Assembly: GCA_951406725.2 (NCBI GenBank)
Contig: OX597815.1
Span: forward strand, 58,590,001 to 58,654,000
Source of the DNA: Octopus vulgaris
Taxonomy: Eukaryota
Length of the DNA: 64,000 nucleotides
Reading direction: 5' to 3'
Shown here: positions 1-15,479 of the stretch, one piece after another
How the letters are laid out: each line of letters begins with the position of its first letter
Position numbering within the stretch: position 1 is the first letter of the stretch
The notes under the pieces: model-generated
Database searches by the model: none
What the model was told of the DNA's origin: nothing
What the model saw: the letters and a program-made list of their open reading frames with translations, nothing else
Program-made: the position numbers and the translations under genes

Positions 1-718
<718 letters not shown>

Positions 719-887
719 ATAATAGTTATCGCCATACTAATATGGTATTCTTATAAAAATAAGAAAAAAGCTGTCCGCTTATTAGCTCCATGAGGCCATC
801 GCCTTAAGTTAGCTATTTGATACACAAACTGTATCCATATAACCTTCGAACAAGGGAGGTCAGTTGCTCCACACTACTTGACCGGCA

Positions 888-928
888 GCTACAGACGCGT
901 TTCGGAGTATTGCCCTTTTCAATGCAGC
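888..928 (-). ncRNA. Minimal type I hammerhead ribozyme-like motif, U3-A8 core variant
   Basis: Minus strand reads GCUGCA-UUGAAAA-GGGCAAUACUCC-GAAA-CGCG-UC-UGUAGC: stem I, core, stem II, palindromic stem III and a GUC cleavage triplet. Confidence 0.7.
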
Positions 929-1247
929 GTAGCCAGCCAGTAGGTGTCGCTTCCGACAATCTCTGTTCGATGGTTTTATTTACCTAGTTTCGGTGGAATA
1001 CATCCACTTGTTTTCAATAATAGAAATATTAAAATAACTAAGTCTCTCTAAAAGAGAACAGCGGCAGCGTTCCCGGAAAATAATAGTTATCGCCATACTA
1101 ATATGGTATTCTTATAAAAATAAGAAAAAGCTGTCCGCTTATTAGCTCCATGAGGCCATCGCCTTAAGTTAGCTATTTGATACACAAACTGTATCCATAT
1201 AACCTTCGAACAAGGGAGGTCAGTTGCTCCACACTACTCGACCGGCA

Positions 1248-1289
1248 GCTACAGACGCGTTTCGGAGTATTGCCCCTTTTCAATGCAGC
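1248..1289 (-). ncRNA. Second tandem copy of the U3-A8 hammerhead-like motif
   Basis: Minus strand reads GCUGCA-UUGAAAA-GGGG CAAUA CUCC-GAAA-CGCG-UC-UGUAGC, 360 nt from the first copy. Confidence 0.7.
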
Positions 1290-1623
1290 GTAGCCAGCCA
1301 ATAGTATGGCGATAACTATTATTTTCCGGGAACGCTGCCGCTGTTCTCTTTTAGAGAGACTTAGTTATTTTAATATTTCTATTATTGAAAACAAGTGGAT
1401 GTATTCCACCGAAACTAGGTAAATAAAACCATCGAACAGAGATTGTCGGATACAGTTTGTGTATCAAATAGCTAACTTAAGGCGATGGCCTCATGGAGCT
1501 AATAAGCGGACAGCTTTTTACTTATTTTTATAAGAATACCATATTAGTATGGCGATAACTATTATTTTCCGGGAACGCTGCCGCTGTTCTCTTTTAGAGA
1601 CTTAGTTATTTTAATATTTCTAT

Positions 1624-1654
<31 letters not shown>

Positions 1655-1714
1655 TTTAATATATATATATTATATATATATAATATATATATATATAATA
1701 TATATATAATATAA

Positions 1715-1854
<140 letters not shown>

Positions 1855-1865
1855 TATATATATAT

Positions 1866-4797
<2,932 letters not shown>

Positions 4798-4814
4798 TAT
4801 ATATAATATATAAT

Positions 4815-5988
4815 ATTGATAAAACGGTAAGATAACAAAAGAAAGAAAGAGACCTCAATATTATGTAAATAGAGGAAATTTATCTATACAATATGTTACA
4901 TTACTCGGTAGTCAAGATAAAACTCTGAGTTTCAGATGCCGAAGTGGAAATCCACAACACCATCTCTTCGGTTATCTGGCTATTTGAAAACGTTATGAAA
5001 AAATACCGTTAAAAATGAAGGGAAATTACTCTGTTATAACTCTGCTTTGCCTGCGTACTTATACTTCGCTCGCATTTTTCGTCATAAAAATTATATAAAA
5101 ATACATAAAAATATATAAAAATATATAAAAATATATAAAATCTTCTTGGGACATAACACAGAAAGCATGTTCTATCCGTTTTCTTTAGGGGACCAAAAAC
5201 GTAACAGAAATTTAGTCACATGTGGGCATGATCCGAAAAGTTCTGTCCTTGTATTTAGACATGTGGTAGGGTCTAAGCTGCTTTTCCAGATAAGCCATCT
5301 CTCCATGTCGCATAAACCGCACCTTCCGCTGCCGTTAGTATAGGGCTTACATCTGGCCAAAATCTTCCATTGTATGTTATAATCGACACCTTTATCTCTT
5401 AAAGACCAAATATGATTGGATAATTGTGTCGCTTTTCTTTTGTTCCAGTGCCTAAAGCTCAAAGTGTGGTTATTGAACCTGGCCTTGAAATTACCCTCTG
5501 TCAGGCCCACGTATTTCTTCGTCAAAACGGTGTCTTTAGTGGTTATAGAGTTTACGGTAGCTTCATATATGATGGTCTTGGACATGCAAGCTCCATTTAG
5601 CGGGCACAATTCTTTATTCCTGCATGAACAGCTGTTTTCTTCTTGTGTTTTTTGTATGTTATGATTGATTATGTTTTTAAAATTGGTAGTTGAACTAAAA
5701 CTAATTTTTAAATTGTGTCTATTGAAGAGTTTCCTATAAGCATGGTTAACTGGAAAATGTCTATCTATCAGTGCTAGGAAATATTTACCTATATTGAAGG
5801 CCACCTCGGGTGAGTAAGGGGGCGTAAACCAGATGACCTTCCTATTTCTATTATTCCTTTTCCTTATTGTTGGGCTGGTGATAGGTGTATATTTTATTTT
5901 TTCGCTAAAACCACTATCTTTTAAAGCTTTATTATAAACTGGGGCAACGCTATTGAAGATGTCCTCATTAGATGAGAGGCTAACATTT
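4815..5988 (-). mobile_element. Penelope-like element (Naiad-like), 3' half: thumb/linker + GIY-YIG endonuclease + pLTR
   Basis: ORF 5172-6101 contains VIWFTPPYS, CSCRNKELCPLNGAC, IIYEA...KYVGLTEGNFKARFNNH, CGLC and LNTRTELFGSCPH. The clade call comes from remembered motif similarity. Confidence 0.88.
4915..4977 (-). ncRNA. Hammerhead-like motif in PLE pLTR (U4C core, long stem II)
   Basis: Minus strand reads AGAUAA-CCGAAGA-GAUG..GUGGA/UCCAC..CAUC-U-GAAA-CUCAGAG-UU-UUAUCU. Confidence 0.5.
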
Positions 5989-5989
5989 G

Positions 5990-6541
5990 CTATCGGATAA
6001 AATCCAAAAAATTCCCTCCTAGGATTAAAGGCTTGGAAGATTTCGAAGCGGACCTGCTGAAGATCATGAGCAAAATAAAGTTTCGTAAGTCTTTTTAACA
6101 ATTTCCAACATAAATTGAAAAAAGATATTGATCATATAAAAACTCCAAGAAAAAAGCACTTTTTTCGGATAAAACCAAGAACTTATACCTGGTAGATAAC
6201 AGCAAATACACACAACTCTTACACAACAGCATCATTAATAATTATACTAAGGCTAGGGCACAGACATATAATGAAATTAATAAAGAAGCTAGCGTCATCG
6301 CCGCTAAACTTAAATTAGATAAAAAAATAGAAACCCTCCCCCAAAAAGAGGCCTTTATTACTATTAAAGACCACAAAGAAAACTTCCTTTCCAATCCTAA
6401 ATGTAGGCTTATCAACCCAGCCAAGTCAGAACTAGGGATTATTAGCAAAGAAATTTTAGATAAAATAAATACGAAAATTAAGACCGATACTAGGCTAGTG
6501 CAATGGTCCAATAGTATAGAAGTCGTAGACTGGTTTAAAGC
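5990..6541 (+). mobile_element. Penelope-like element (Naiad-like) N-terminal/RT fragment, inverted relative to its 3' half
   Basis: Manual + strand translation across frameshifts gives SDKTKNLY, AFITIKDHKENFLSNPKCRLINPAKSELGIISK and VQWSNSIEVVDWFK. The fragment runs into the gap. Confidence 0.8.
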
Positions 6542-6640
6542 NNNNNNNNNNNNNNNNNNNNNNNNNNNNNNNNNNNNNNNNNNNNNNNNNNNNNNNNNNN
6601 NNNNNNNNNNNNNNNNNNNNNNNNNNNNNNNNNNNNNNNN
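6542..6640. other. Assembly gap
   Basis: Run of N. Confidence 1.
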
Positions 6641-7079
6641 NATATATTAATTAAAAACCATAATATATTTCGCTACAAGCCAAAATTTAATACATTAAAG
6701 TCAGTTACGCATGCGAGATTTTTCGTCGGAAAAGCACGTGGTTGCAAGTCGTATTTTTATTTCCAGCTGAATGTAAGAAGCAAAAAGAATTGTTTTCTTT
6801 TCTTTTTTGAAAGAAAACTTCTTAATACAAGAACAAGGATTTGGAATTTTACCTCTTGCGAATAAGTATCCTTTTCATTTGTTTATTTTCCTTTAAGGTA
6901 ACATCTGAGTTACGACTTCATCTTCATTTACTTTCTGAGAATAATTTTCTTTCAACTTCTGTTACAGTGTCCACTTCGCTTTCAATCCATTTTTCACTTT
7001 ATCTCTTTAAAATTACTTAGAAATGTAGTTTAGTTTAGAATTATATACTTTTTCGTTTCCCGACATATTTCGTACCTAC

Positions 7080-10000
7080 TCCCTATCTACCTCTTTCTCT
7101 CTCCTCCCTTAGATATATTCCTCCATTTCCAGCTCCTCTCTCCCTTCCTTTATCTCTCTTTACGCCTACTCTTTCTCTCTCTCTTGCATATCTTACTCTT
7201 TTTCTCATCTCTCTCCCTCCCCTTCATATCCTCCTCTTTTCTCACTTCTCTTTCCTTTCCTTTGCATCTCACATCTACCTCTCCTCCTGTCACCTCACCC
7301 TCTCATTCATATACTTCTCATTTGCCCATTCTTCTCACTCCGTTTCTCCCTCTCTCTCACATCCTTCATCCTTTCCTGTCTCTCCCTCACTCTGTCTCTT
7401 TCTCTTGCCATCCTCTCCCTCCTTCTGTCTGCCTCTCTTCCCCTCTTCTCCTTCACGCTGCCTCTATTTCTCTTCCCCTCCTCTCCTTCACTCTGTCTCT
7501 TTTTCTATTCCCCTCCTCTCCTTCACTCTGTCTCTTTTTCTATTCCCCTCCTCTACCTTCCTGTCTCTTTAACACGCCACACTCCCTTGCTTTCCTCATA
7601 ACAACCTCTCTATTTCCTTCATAGCACCTCTCTCTTTACTTCATATCTCCCTCTCTCTTTCCCTATTCCCCCTCTGTGTTTCTCCCTCTGTCTCTCATTA
7701 CCTCTCTAGCCTCTACTCCCGCTCTGGCCTTAAAAAACGAAGATGGCACCAAAGTGGGAAAAGAAAGAATTAAATCTTCTGCTATGAGCGTGGGCAATTG
7801 CTAGTGGTGATCTGCCAAACAACATCATCACTGCTGCACTAAAGAACAATGGCTTTCACAGAACCATTGATCAGATAAAGCGGAAGAAGACTGAATTTAT
7901 CCGGTCTTAAATGCTTGGATAACATAATTGAAAATTATTGTGGCAAGGCTAATAAGGATGGAGAAGACGAAAAAGAAAAGGAAACAAAACCCGGAAGTCT
8001 CTGTAATCCAGAGGTTCCTCAAGAAAATGTATCACCTACCCCAGTGAATGACCAGGCAGAGAAGGATAGGGGAGCCAAGGGAGCAGTAACTGGAAGCCAC
8101 CCTGTGCCAGTGGTCCTACAAAGGAACGGAGTCCTCACCCCATTAGAAAAACAGAAGAAAAAAGGAAGGACGGAAAACGAAAATAAAGAAGGAAAGGAAG
8201 AGAAAGGAAAAGGCAAAACAACCAAAATTGAAACCCCAACCCACCAAACAAACAACAGAAAACCCCATGGAGGATACAACACCATCCAAACCCTTACAGG
8301 AAAGAAGAAATCTGGAAGGCACCCAAGAACCTGTAAATTTTACCTGCAGGGCAAATGTTGGCATGGGGAGAACGGCAAAAACTACCGGTTTGCCCACCCA
8401 ACACCCCGCCAGAACTACAGGGAACTTAGAGAGAAAAACTTTACAGAGGAAAGACAAGAAATGTCTCCCAGGAAAACATTCAGAAAAGAAGGGTGATCCT
8501 CAGATGTTCTGTTCAACGCAGCAGCTGAGCAAGAGTCTTTTTTGTGCATGGCGCAAACAATTGTCCAGCAGCTAACCTGGCTTCGACAGGCACAATGAAG
8601 GAACCTTGCCCACCATTATGTAAGTCTACCACAGTCAACAGACACAGGATGGCCTCCCCTAATGCTTGCACAGTCGTCAACCCAATACTTTTACTAAATA
8701 CTGGGGGCCTGTTGCATCAAAATAAAAAAGAAATTTCTTTCTTCAGAGATCTTACTGCATGCAATCAAGCCCTATGCATAGCACTCGTGGAAACTCACCT
8801 CAGCCCTGATATAGAGGATGCAGAAGTACACGTACCAAACTATGCCATACTGCGAACAGACAGAAGAGAAAGGAGCCATGGTGGAGTTGCTATATGCATC
8901 CGTGATGACCTCACACCCCAGGTCTTACTGCCATATTCAAATTCGGTATGTGACACTCTAATTGTATACATAAGACAACATAATATAGTCATATGCAATA
9001 CATATTGCCCACTAGATGCTCCAAATCACATGGGCAAGTTTGAAGATTGCCTCAAGAATTAAAGAAATCCTCATGAATCTGGAACATCACGTGACCATAT
9101 TTCTTATGGGTGATTTCAACTTCCTCAACGTCAAATGGCCCGAAGGTCTCATACTCTAAGGAATGACTCATTGAAAGAAAGCACAGGTGGTGTCCCTGTT
9201 CAACCTCACCAATACCTTATTCATCGATCAAGCTGTACTCAGACCAAGTAGGGCAGATAACATTCTGGATCTCTGCTTCACGAACAATATGGACATCATT
9301 CATGATGTGAAAGTGACAATGACATTAGTCTCGGATCACAACATAATAAGAGTTGTCTATGTTTGGGCCGAAAGTAACCAGAGACATACAGCCTAAAGGA
9401 AGCACCCGAAATCTCTCCAATCTGAACTTCCACAAAGCAGATTGGAAATCGATCCAAAAAGAGATCCTCAGAGAGGACTGGCCGAAATGTCTCTCCACAC
9501 CAGACATTGACATGAAGCTATTGTTTTGCATGTCTTCTGTGCAAGCCATATGCCAGAAATATGTCGCAGAGCACAAGGCCAAAACAAATAGGAGCAAGAT
9601 TCCAAGAGAGAGGAAGATCCTCATGAGACGATGGACAAAGTAGCGAAACGTCCCACCTAAAAATAACACTGATGGAGATCGAGAAAAGGCTGCAACAATC
9701 CTATGTGAGGGAGAAAGCAGACAAAGAAGCCTGGGTTATAAAAAACATTAAATCAAACCCAAAGGCCTTCTTTAATTTCGCGAAAGAAACAGCCTCAGTA
9801 CACTACAAGATAGGACCCCTCCTCCAAAAGGATGGCTCCATCACAGACAGTCCAACTAAGATCAGTGAGATACTGAATGTCCAGTTCAAAAGTGTCTTTA
9901 CCACCCAGTTGGGACACAGAAAAGTGAACGATCCAGTGGACTTCTTTGCCGCCTCACCTATAACCAGCGAGGCAGTTACAATGGAATACATTGACATTAG

Positions 10001-11655
10001 CGAAGAAGACATAATACTAGCCATAGATGAAGTGGACACAAACTCAACTGCTGGTCCAGATGTTTTCCCAGCAATCCTCCTCAAATCGTGTAAGCATGCC
10101 CTGGCAAAACGCCTCAAGCTTTCTTACGAATGGCAAAATGCCAAGTAAGCTGAAGGAGGGAATAATATGCCCAATACATAAAGGGGGAAGTAGAGCAGAT
10201 GCCAAAAACTATAGGCCTATCTATCTGACTTCACGCATCAGCAAAGTCATGGAACAGATAGTCAGAGTTAAACTAATCGCATTCCTTGAGGAAAATAACT
10301 TGCTGGGTGATACGCAGCATGGTTTTCAACCAGGTAGGAGCTGCCTGACCCAGCTCTTACAACATTATGACTGGGTGTTGAGGCAGTTACTCAACAAATC
10401 AAATGTGGACGTAATATACCTTGATTTTGCAAAAGCTTTTGACAAGGTGGATCATGGTATGATATGCCACAAACTGCGTGACCTTGGCATAGCTGGAAAA
10501 CTTGGAGAGTGGTTACATGACTTCCTGAAAGATAGGAGTCAGGCTGTAGTGGCTAATGGAGCCACCGCTATCAATACATAAATAGTGAGCAGTGTTCCAC
10601 AGGGTACTGTCTTGGGACCACTGCCTTTTATAGTGGCCCTCTCAGATATGCCCTCAAATGCCCGGATAGCCACTCTGGCAAGTTATGCAGACAATATGAA
10701 AGTCTCGCAGAAAATACAGAACCCCAGCGATGTTGCACACCTTCAGAAGGAGTTGGACTACAGATGGGCTGCGGATAATAATATGCAGTTTAATACTGAA
10801 AAATTCCAGGCCCTGCGCTACCAGCATCCAAAACTGAATATGAAACTTACAGGGTACACCGGTCCACAGGGAATTTCAATCCCAGAGCCTAAGGCAGTGA
10901 GGGACCTGGGTATCGACATGATGATACCTCTTTCCAAGTGCACATTACCAGGATGGCAGCAAAGTGCAGACGACTGGCTGGATGGATCCTAAGAACATTC
11001 AGAACCAGACATAAAGAAACCATGATGGTCCTCTGGCGGATATTCATCCTCAGCCACCTGGATTACTGCTCACAGTTATGGTCACCCACCAGTGTGAAAT
11101 TAACAGTGGACCTTGAAGTAATCCAGAGAAGATTCACAAAGAAGATCGTCTCTTTGCAACAGTTCAGCTACTGGGAAAGGTTGAAACAGCTAAGACTCTA
11201 CTCACTGGAGAGAAGATGGGAGAGGTATGCAGTAATATATATCTGGAAGATCCTGGAAGTAATTGTGCCAAATTTTGGCATCGAAAGCTACACCAATGCC
11301 AGAACGGGACGACACTGCATAGTGCCAAAGATCCCAGCAATGCCATCACACTTCAGGACCAGTTACTGCAACAGCCTGGGTTTCAATGGCCCACAGCTTT
11401 TTAATATTCTCCCAAAGAGTCTGAGGAACTTGCACAAAGTAGATGTAGGGGTTTTTAAATCAAAGCTGGACATTTTCCTGTCGAGAGTCCCAGATGAACC
11501 TACCTCACAGCAAGAGGTGCAAATAAGGGTAGCTATATCAAACTCCATGCTTCACCAAGTGCCACATATTAGAGGAGGCTTTTAGTAGTAACAGTGTAGC
11601 AAAACGGTGGTGCATCAGCAAGGTCGCAGCTCTGAACTGAAACTACAGAAAAAAT
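7080..11655 (+). mobile_element. Near full-length, decayed CR1-group LINE (CT-rich leader, ORF1, ORF2 APE-RT, 3' tail)
   Basis: ORF2 fragments: LLLNTGGL/IALVETHL/RTDR..RSHGGVA (APE), [33 protein letters not shown]. The 3' end is shared with other copies in the window. The 5' boundary is approximate. Confidence 0.9.
7743..8496 (+). pseudogene. LINE ORF1 remnant with Myb/SANT(trihelix)-like N-terminus and CCCH-like zinc finger
   Basis: From ATG 7743: MAPKWEKKELNLLL*AWAIASGDLPNNIITAALKNNGFHRTIDQIKRKK. It then frameshifts into ORF 7915-8496, which contains CKFYLQGKCWHGENGKNYRFAHP. Confidence 0.6.
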
Positions 11656-11660
11656 ATATA

Positions 11661-11997
11661 GGCAGATGGCTCAGTGGTTGGATCGTCGAGCTTACAATCA
11701 TGAGGTTGTGAGTTTGAATCCCGGACCAGGCTGTGTGTTGTGTTCTTGAGCAAGACACTGTATTTCACATTGCTCCAGTTCACTCAGCTGTAGAAATGAG
11801 TTGCGACATCACTGGTGCCAAGCTGTATCGGCCCCTTAGCCTTTCCCTTGAATAACACTGCTGGTGTGGAGAAGGGAGGCTGATATGCATGAGCAACTGC
11901 TGGTCTTCCCACAAACAAACTTGCCCAGACTTGTGCCTGGGAGGATAACTTTCTAGGTGCAAACCTACGGTCAGTCATGACCGAAGGGAGTCTCAGC
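11661..11997 (+). mobile_element. tRNA-derived SINE with CORE-like central domain
   Basis: A box TGGCTCAGTGG and B box GTTTGAATCC are followed by tgtgttcttgagcaagacact. The element ends in microsatellite. Confidence 0.75.
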
Positions 11998-12384
11998 ATA
12001 TGTATATATGTATATATATATGTATATATGCATATATATATATGTATATAATTATGTATATATGTGTGTATATCTGAATGTATATATATATATGTGTATA
12101 TACGTATGTATATACATATACATCTATGCACATATATACATAGATATACACATATATAGACATATACATCTATGCATATACATGCATATATACATACATA
12201 TACATCTATATACATATACAAATACACATACATACATACATATATATATACATATACATAGATATACACACACACACATATATATACATAGACATACACA
12301 TATACATGTATACATACAGATATATATATAGATATGTATATATGTATATATATATGTACGCATAAATCTATGTATGTTTTTCAT

Positions 12385-13322
12385 CTAGTTTCAGCTCAGA
12401 TGTATATTATAGCGTATCTTTCTCGTCTATGCTCTAAAGTCTTAATCTCTTGAGTCATTCCCAATAGCTTATATACTGCATAAAGACTATCTTCTTCATG
12501 TAGCTTTGTTGGATTGCCTCAAGTTCTGTGATTAATTTGACATTGGATGGTGACCATAGCTGAGAGCAATAGTCAAAGAGGACCATCATGGTTTCCTGGT
12601 CTCTTGTTCAAAAAGTTCTAAGAATCCATCTGGTCAGCTGCCTGCATTTCATTGCCAATTTAGCAACATGCACACGAAAGCATACATCATTACTCATGTA
12701 ACTGCCCAGGTCTCGCACTGACTGTGCCTCTGGGATTGCAATCCCACCAGGTCCACTGTACTTATTGCGTATTGCATTTAGTTTTGCATGCTGATAGCAC
12801 AAGGCTTGAAACTTTTCAGCATTAATCTGTATGCTATTCTTTTCAGCCCACTTGTATATTTCATCCAGCTCACATTGCAGGTGCATAGTGTCTTCAGGAT
12901 TCTATATTACCTGTGAGACTTTTGTATCATCTGCATAACTTGTGATCGTGGCTCTCTGTGTGGCTGAGGGCATATCTAAGGGGGCCATTATGAACAGTAG
13001 TGGTTCCAAAACAGTGCATTGCGGAACACTGCTCACTATTTGCATATCATTGGAGGTGGCCCCATTGGCTACTACCACCTGAGTTCTATCCTTCAGAAAG
13101 TCACGAAGCCATTCTCCCAATTTTCCAACAATGCCGAGATCACGCAGTTTGTGACATATCATTTCATGATCGACTTTATCAAAGGCCTTTGCAAAGTCAA
13201 GATATATCACTTACACATTTGAGTGGTTGAGCAGCTGTTTCAGCACCCAGTCATAGTGTTGTAAGAACTGAGTGAGGAAGCTTCTTCCTGGTCGAAAACC
13301 AAGTTGGGTGTCAGGCAGCAAG
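12385..13322 (-). mobile_element. CR1-group LINE RT fragment with internal deletions
   Basis: IYLDFAKAFDKVDH, YADDTKV and WILRTF motifs. Highly similar to 31395-34077. Confidence 0.9.
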
Positions 13323-13409
<87 letters not shown>

Positions 13410-14101
13410 GTTTTGGAGATGATGTACAGGTATTATATATTAGAAGAAATAAGGTACACAGAAATCTGAATGCTTTTATATTTACAGATAATTATTAATA
13501 TGTCACATGTTTTTTATAAATCATATATTAGCGCTTGCATCCACTCTAGAGGAGTCATCAGATTGAGCTTTTTCAGGAATTTTGTCTCATTTTATAGTAT
13601 TATTGAGTGTGTAGGGATGGAGTGAGAGATATAAGATAGTACAAGAGGGTGAGGAATGGGGAAAAAGTGAGAGTGTGCGTGTGTGCTGTTGTATCTGAAA
13701 GGAGTGTCAATGGAAAAGAGAAGGAAAGGAAGAAGGAAGAGAGAAAGAAGAAAAAATATGTTGACATCTTTGCAGCTGGTCAGTTCTTTCAATAGAAAGT
13801 GATTCTTGGCTTTTAGAAATGTCAAACCCAGGTGGCCACTTCAAGGGAGATAAATGTTATTTTTCAAAAAATTGTCTGAATTTCTTGAGAGAGAGAGAGA
13901 GAGTGTGTGTGTGTGTGTGTGCGCGCGCGCACATCTGAAAGGAGTGTCAATGGAAAAGAGAAGGAAAGAAAGAAGGAAGAGAGAAAAAAGAAATAAGTGT
14001 GTTGACATCTATACCGCTGTTCAGTTCTTTCAATCCAATGTTTGATTCCTGTGCTGATATGGGTCGGAGAATCTGGATGTAAGATTGTTTTTATTTATGT
14101 A

Positions 14102-15221
14102 CTAGCAGCATAGCCCAGCGTTGCCCGGGTATGTAAGAGCCCCTAGTAGGCAACGGCTAATCCCAATCTAGTCCTTTCCCTCTAGGGAACGAAGGCGCAT
14201 GTGTAGGTTGCAATGTCTTCTCTTCACTCCCAAATAACTATCAAACAGCTATCAATAATTCAACCCAACCAATTCCTACCTGGAAGAAATTACATTCGAG
14301 ACTTTACCCCCAACTTTACCCACTTCTACTAATAGCTGCTGCAGCCGCATGTTATTTGAATACTTTTTTTGTTTAAACTTTCTTTATAACTACCACCCCA
14401 AACGTTTTACCTTAAATTTTTGACATACCCTAAGGGTCCTTGGACGCTACTTGCAAACTCTTGGTTTATTATAAACCGCTTTTGTCGTGTGCACCAAAAA
14501 ACCTTTTCCATTCGTTTGTTCAGTTTGGTCACTTTTGACTTTGTCGTTGTTGTCACTCACATTGCTGCCCGCTTTTTTGCCGTTTTTGTACATTTTTATA
14601 TATTTTGGGATACTTACCCCACGTGTTCCGAGAGTTAAAAAGGTCGAGTTGCGTCCCCTAGACAGTCTGTGGTTTGTGTTTAATACACAAATCGGTTTGC
14701 TATGTGTGCCACATATGATTTAATTAACCGATTTTTTCCAGTAATAAAGTATCCTATTGGAATAAAAAGAGCCATATAGCTCCTGGAGCAGACATGATGC
14801 TCGCTGTGAATTTCAAAAAAAATTTCTGCCAATTTGTGAAAGATATTGTCGAAAATATGTCATCTTGAATTTGAATGCGATTTCCCAAAATGGCATGATT
14901 TTATTGATTTTTTCTGATGGTAAGGTATTGCATGGAAAACTAACGTTAGAATTAAGTTTCTTAGGGTAACATTAAGCTTCACAATGAGTTTGGTGAAAAT
15001 CGATTGCAAGTTGCGAAAACTACAACAGAAAATGTGTCGCATATAAAAAGCTTAGATTCTCGACCCCATGTCAAATTTATCGATTTTTTTTCAGAACTGG
15101 GGGAACTTTTCAAAATTTTCGCTGCGTTAGTTTTGAATTATGACATTGGGCTATGTGTGTGTCAAGTTTCATCAGAATCGGTTGAAAGAGACAGACAAAC
15201 TGCCGTTTATATAGAGAGAGA
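14102..15221 (-). mobile_element. Non-autonomous Helitron-like element
   Basis: The minus strand starts TCTCTCTCTATATAAA and ends with hairpin CCCGG-GCAACG-CTGGG about 9 nt before a terminal CTAG. The 3' end is the same as in 19306-19811. Confidence 0.65.
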
Positions 15222-15305
15222 TATGTACATATGTGTAGTACTGTGTGTGTATGTGTGTGCATGTTTAATACAATTTACTTTACAAAATTCCTTCTTCATC
15301 TAGTA

Positions 15306-15453
15306 TCATCATCATCATCATCGTCGTTTAGCGTCCGTTTTCCATGCTAGCATGGGTTGGACGGTTCCACTGGGGTCTGTGAAGCCAGAAGGCTTCATCA
15401 GGCCCAGTCAAATCTGGCAGTGTTTCTACGGCTGGATGCCCTTCCTAACGCCA
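15306..15453 (-). mobile_element. RTE 3'-end fragment with (GAT)n tail
   Basis: Reverse complement of the 3' terminus of the RTE ending at ~37878 (catgctagcatggaaa..cggacg..gatgatgat). Confidence 0.8.
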
Positions 15454-15479
15454 GGTAAATATATATATATATATACATG

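Larger units (their letters stand above)
719..1626 (-). mobile_element. ORF-less 360-bp hammerhead-containing repeat (retrozyme-like / PLE pseudo-LTR), tandem plus inverted copies
   Basis: Direct repeat with a 360-nt period (841-900 matches 1201-1260 apart from one substitution). Inverted segments follow from ~1301 to 1626. Both ends are embedded in (TA)n. Confidence 0.75.

Noticed and set aside
5172-5700. Selenocysteine recoding, as reported for some Naiad PLEs
   Set aside because: The conserved Cys positions of the GIY-YIG region are ordinary Cys codons in both copies, with no in-frame TGA.
7184-7624. 146-aa S/L/P/F-rich ORF
   Set aside because: It is a translation of the CT-rich LINE leader, which is low complexity.
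11661-11730. tRNA gene
   Set aside because: A and B boxes are present, but there is no complete cloverleaf and it continues into a SINE body.
13525-13567. Minus-strand CUGAUGA-CUCC..GGAU-GCAA-GCGC-UA hammerhead-like string
   Set aside because: GAAA is mutated to GCAA and stem I is unconvincing. At best it is a decayed pLTR motif.
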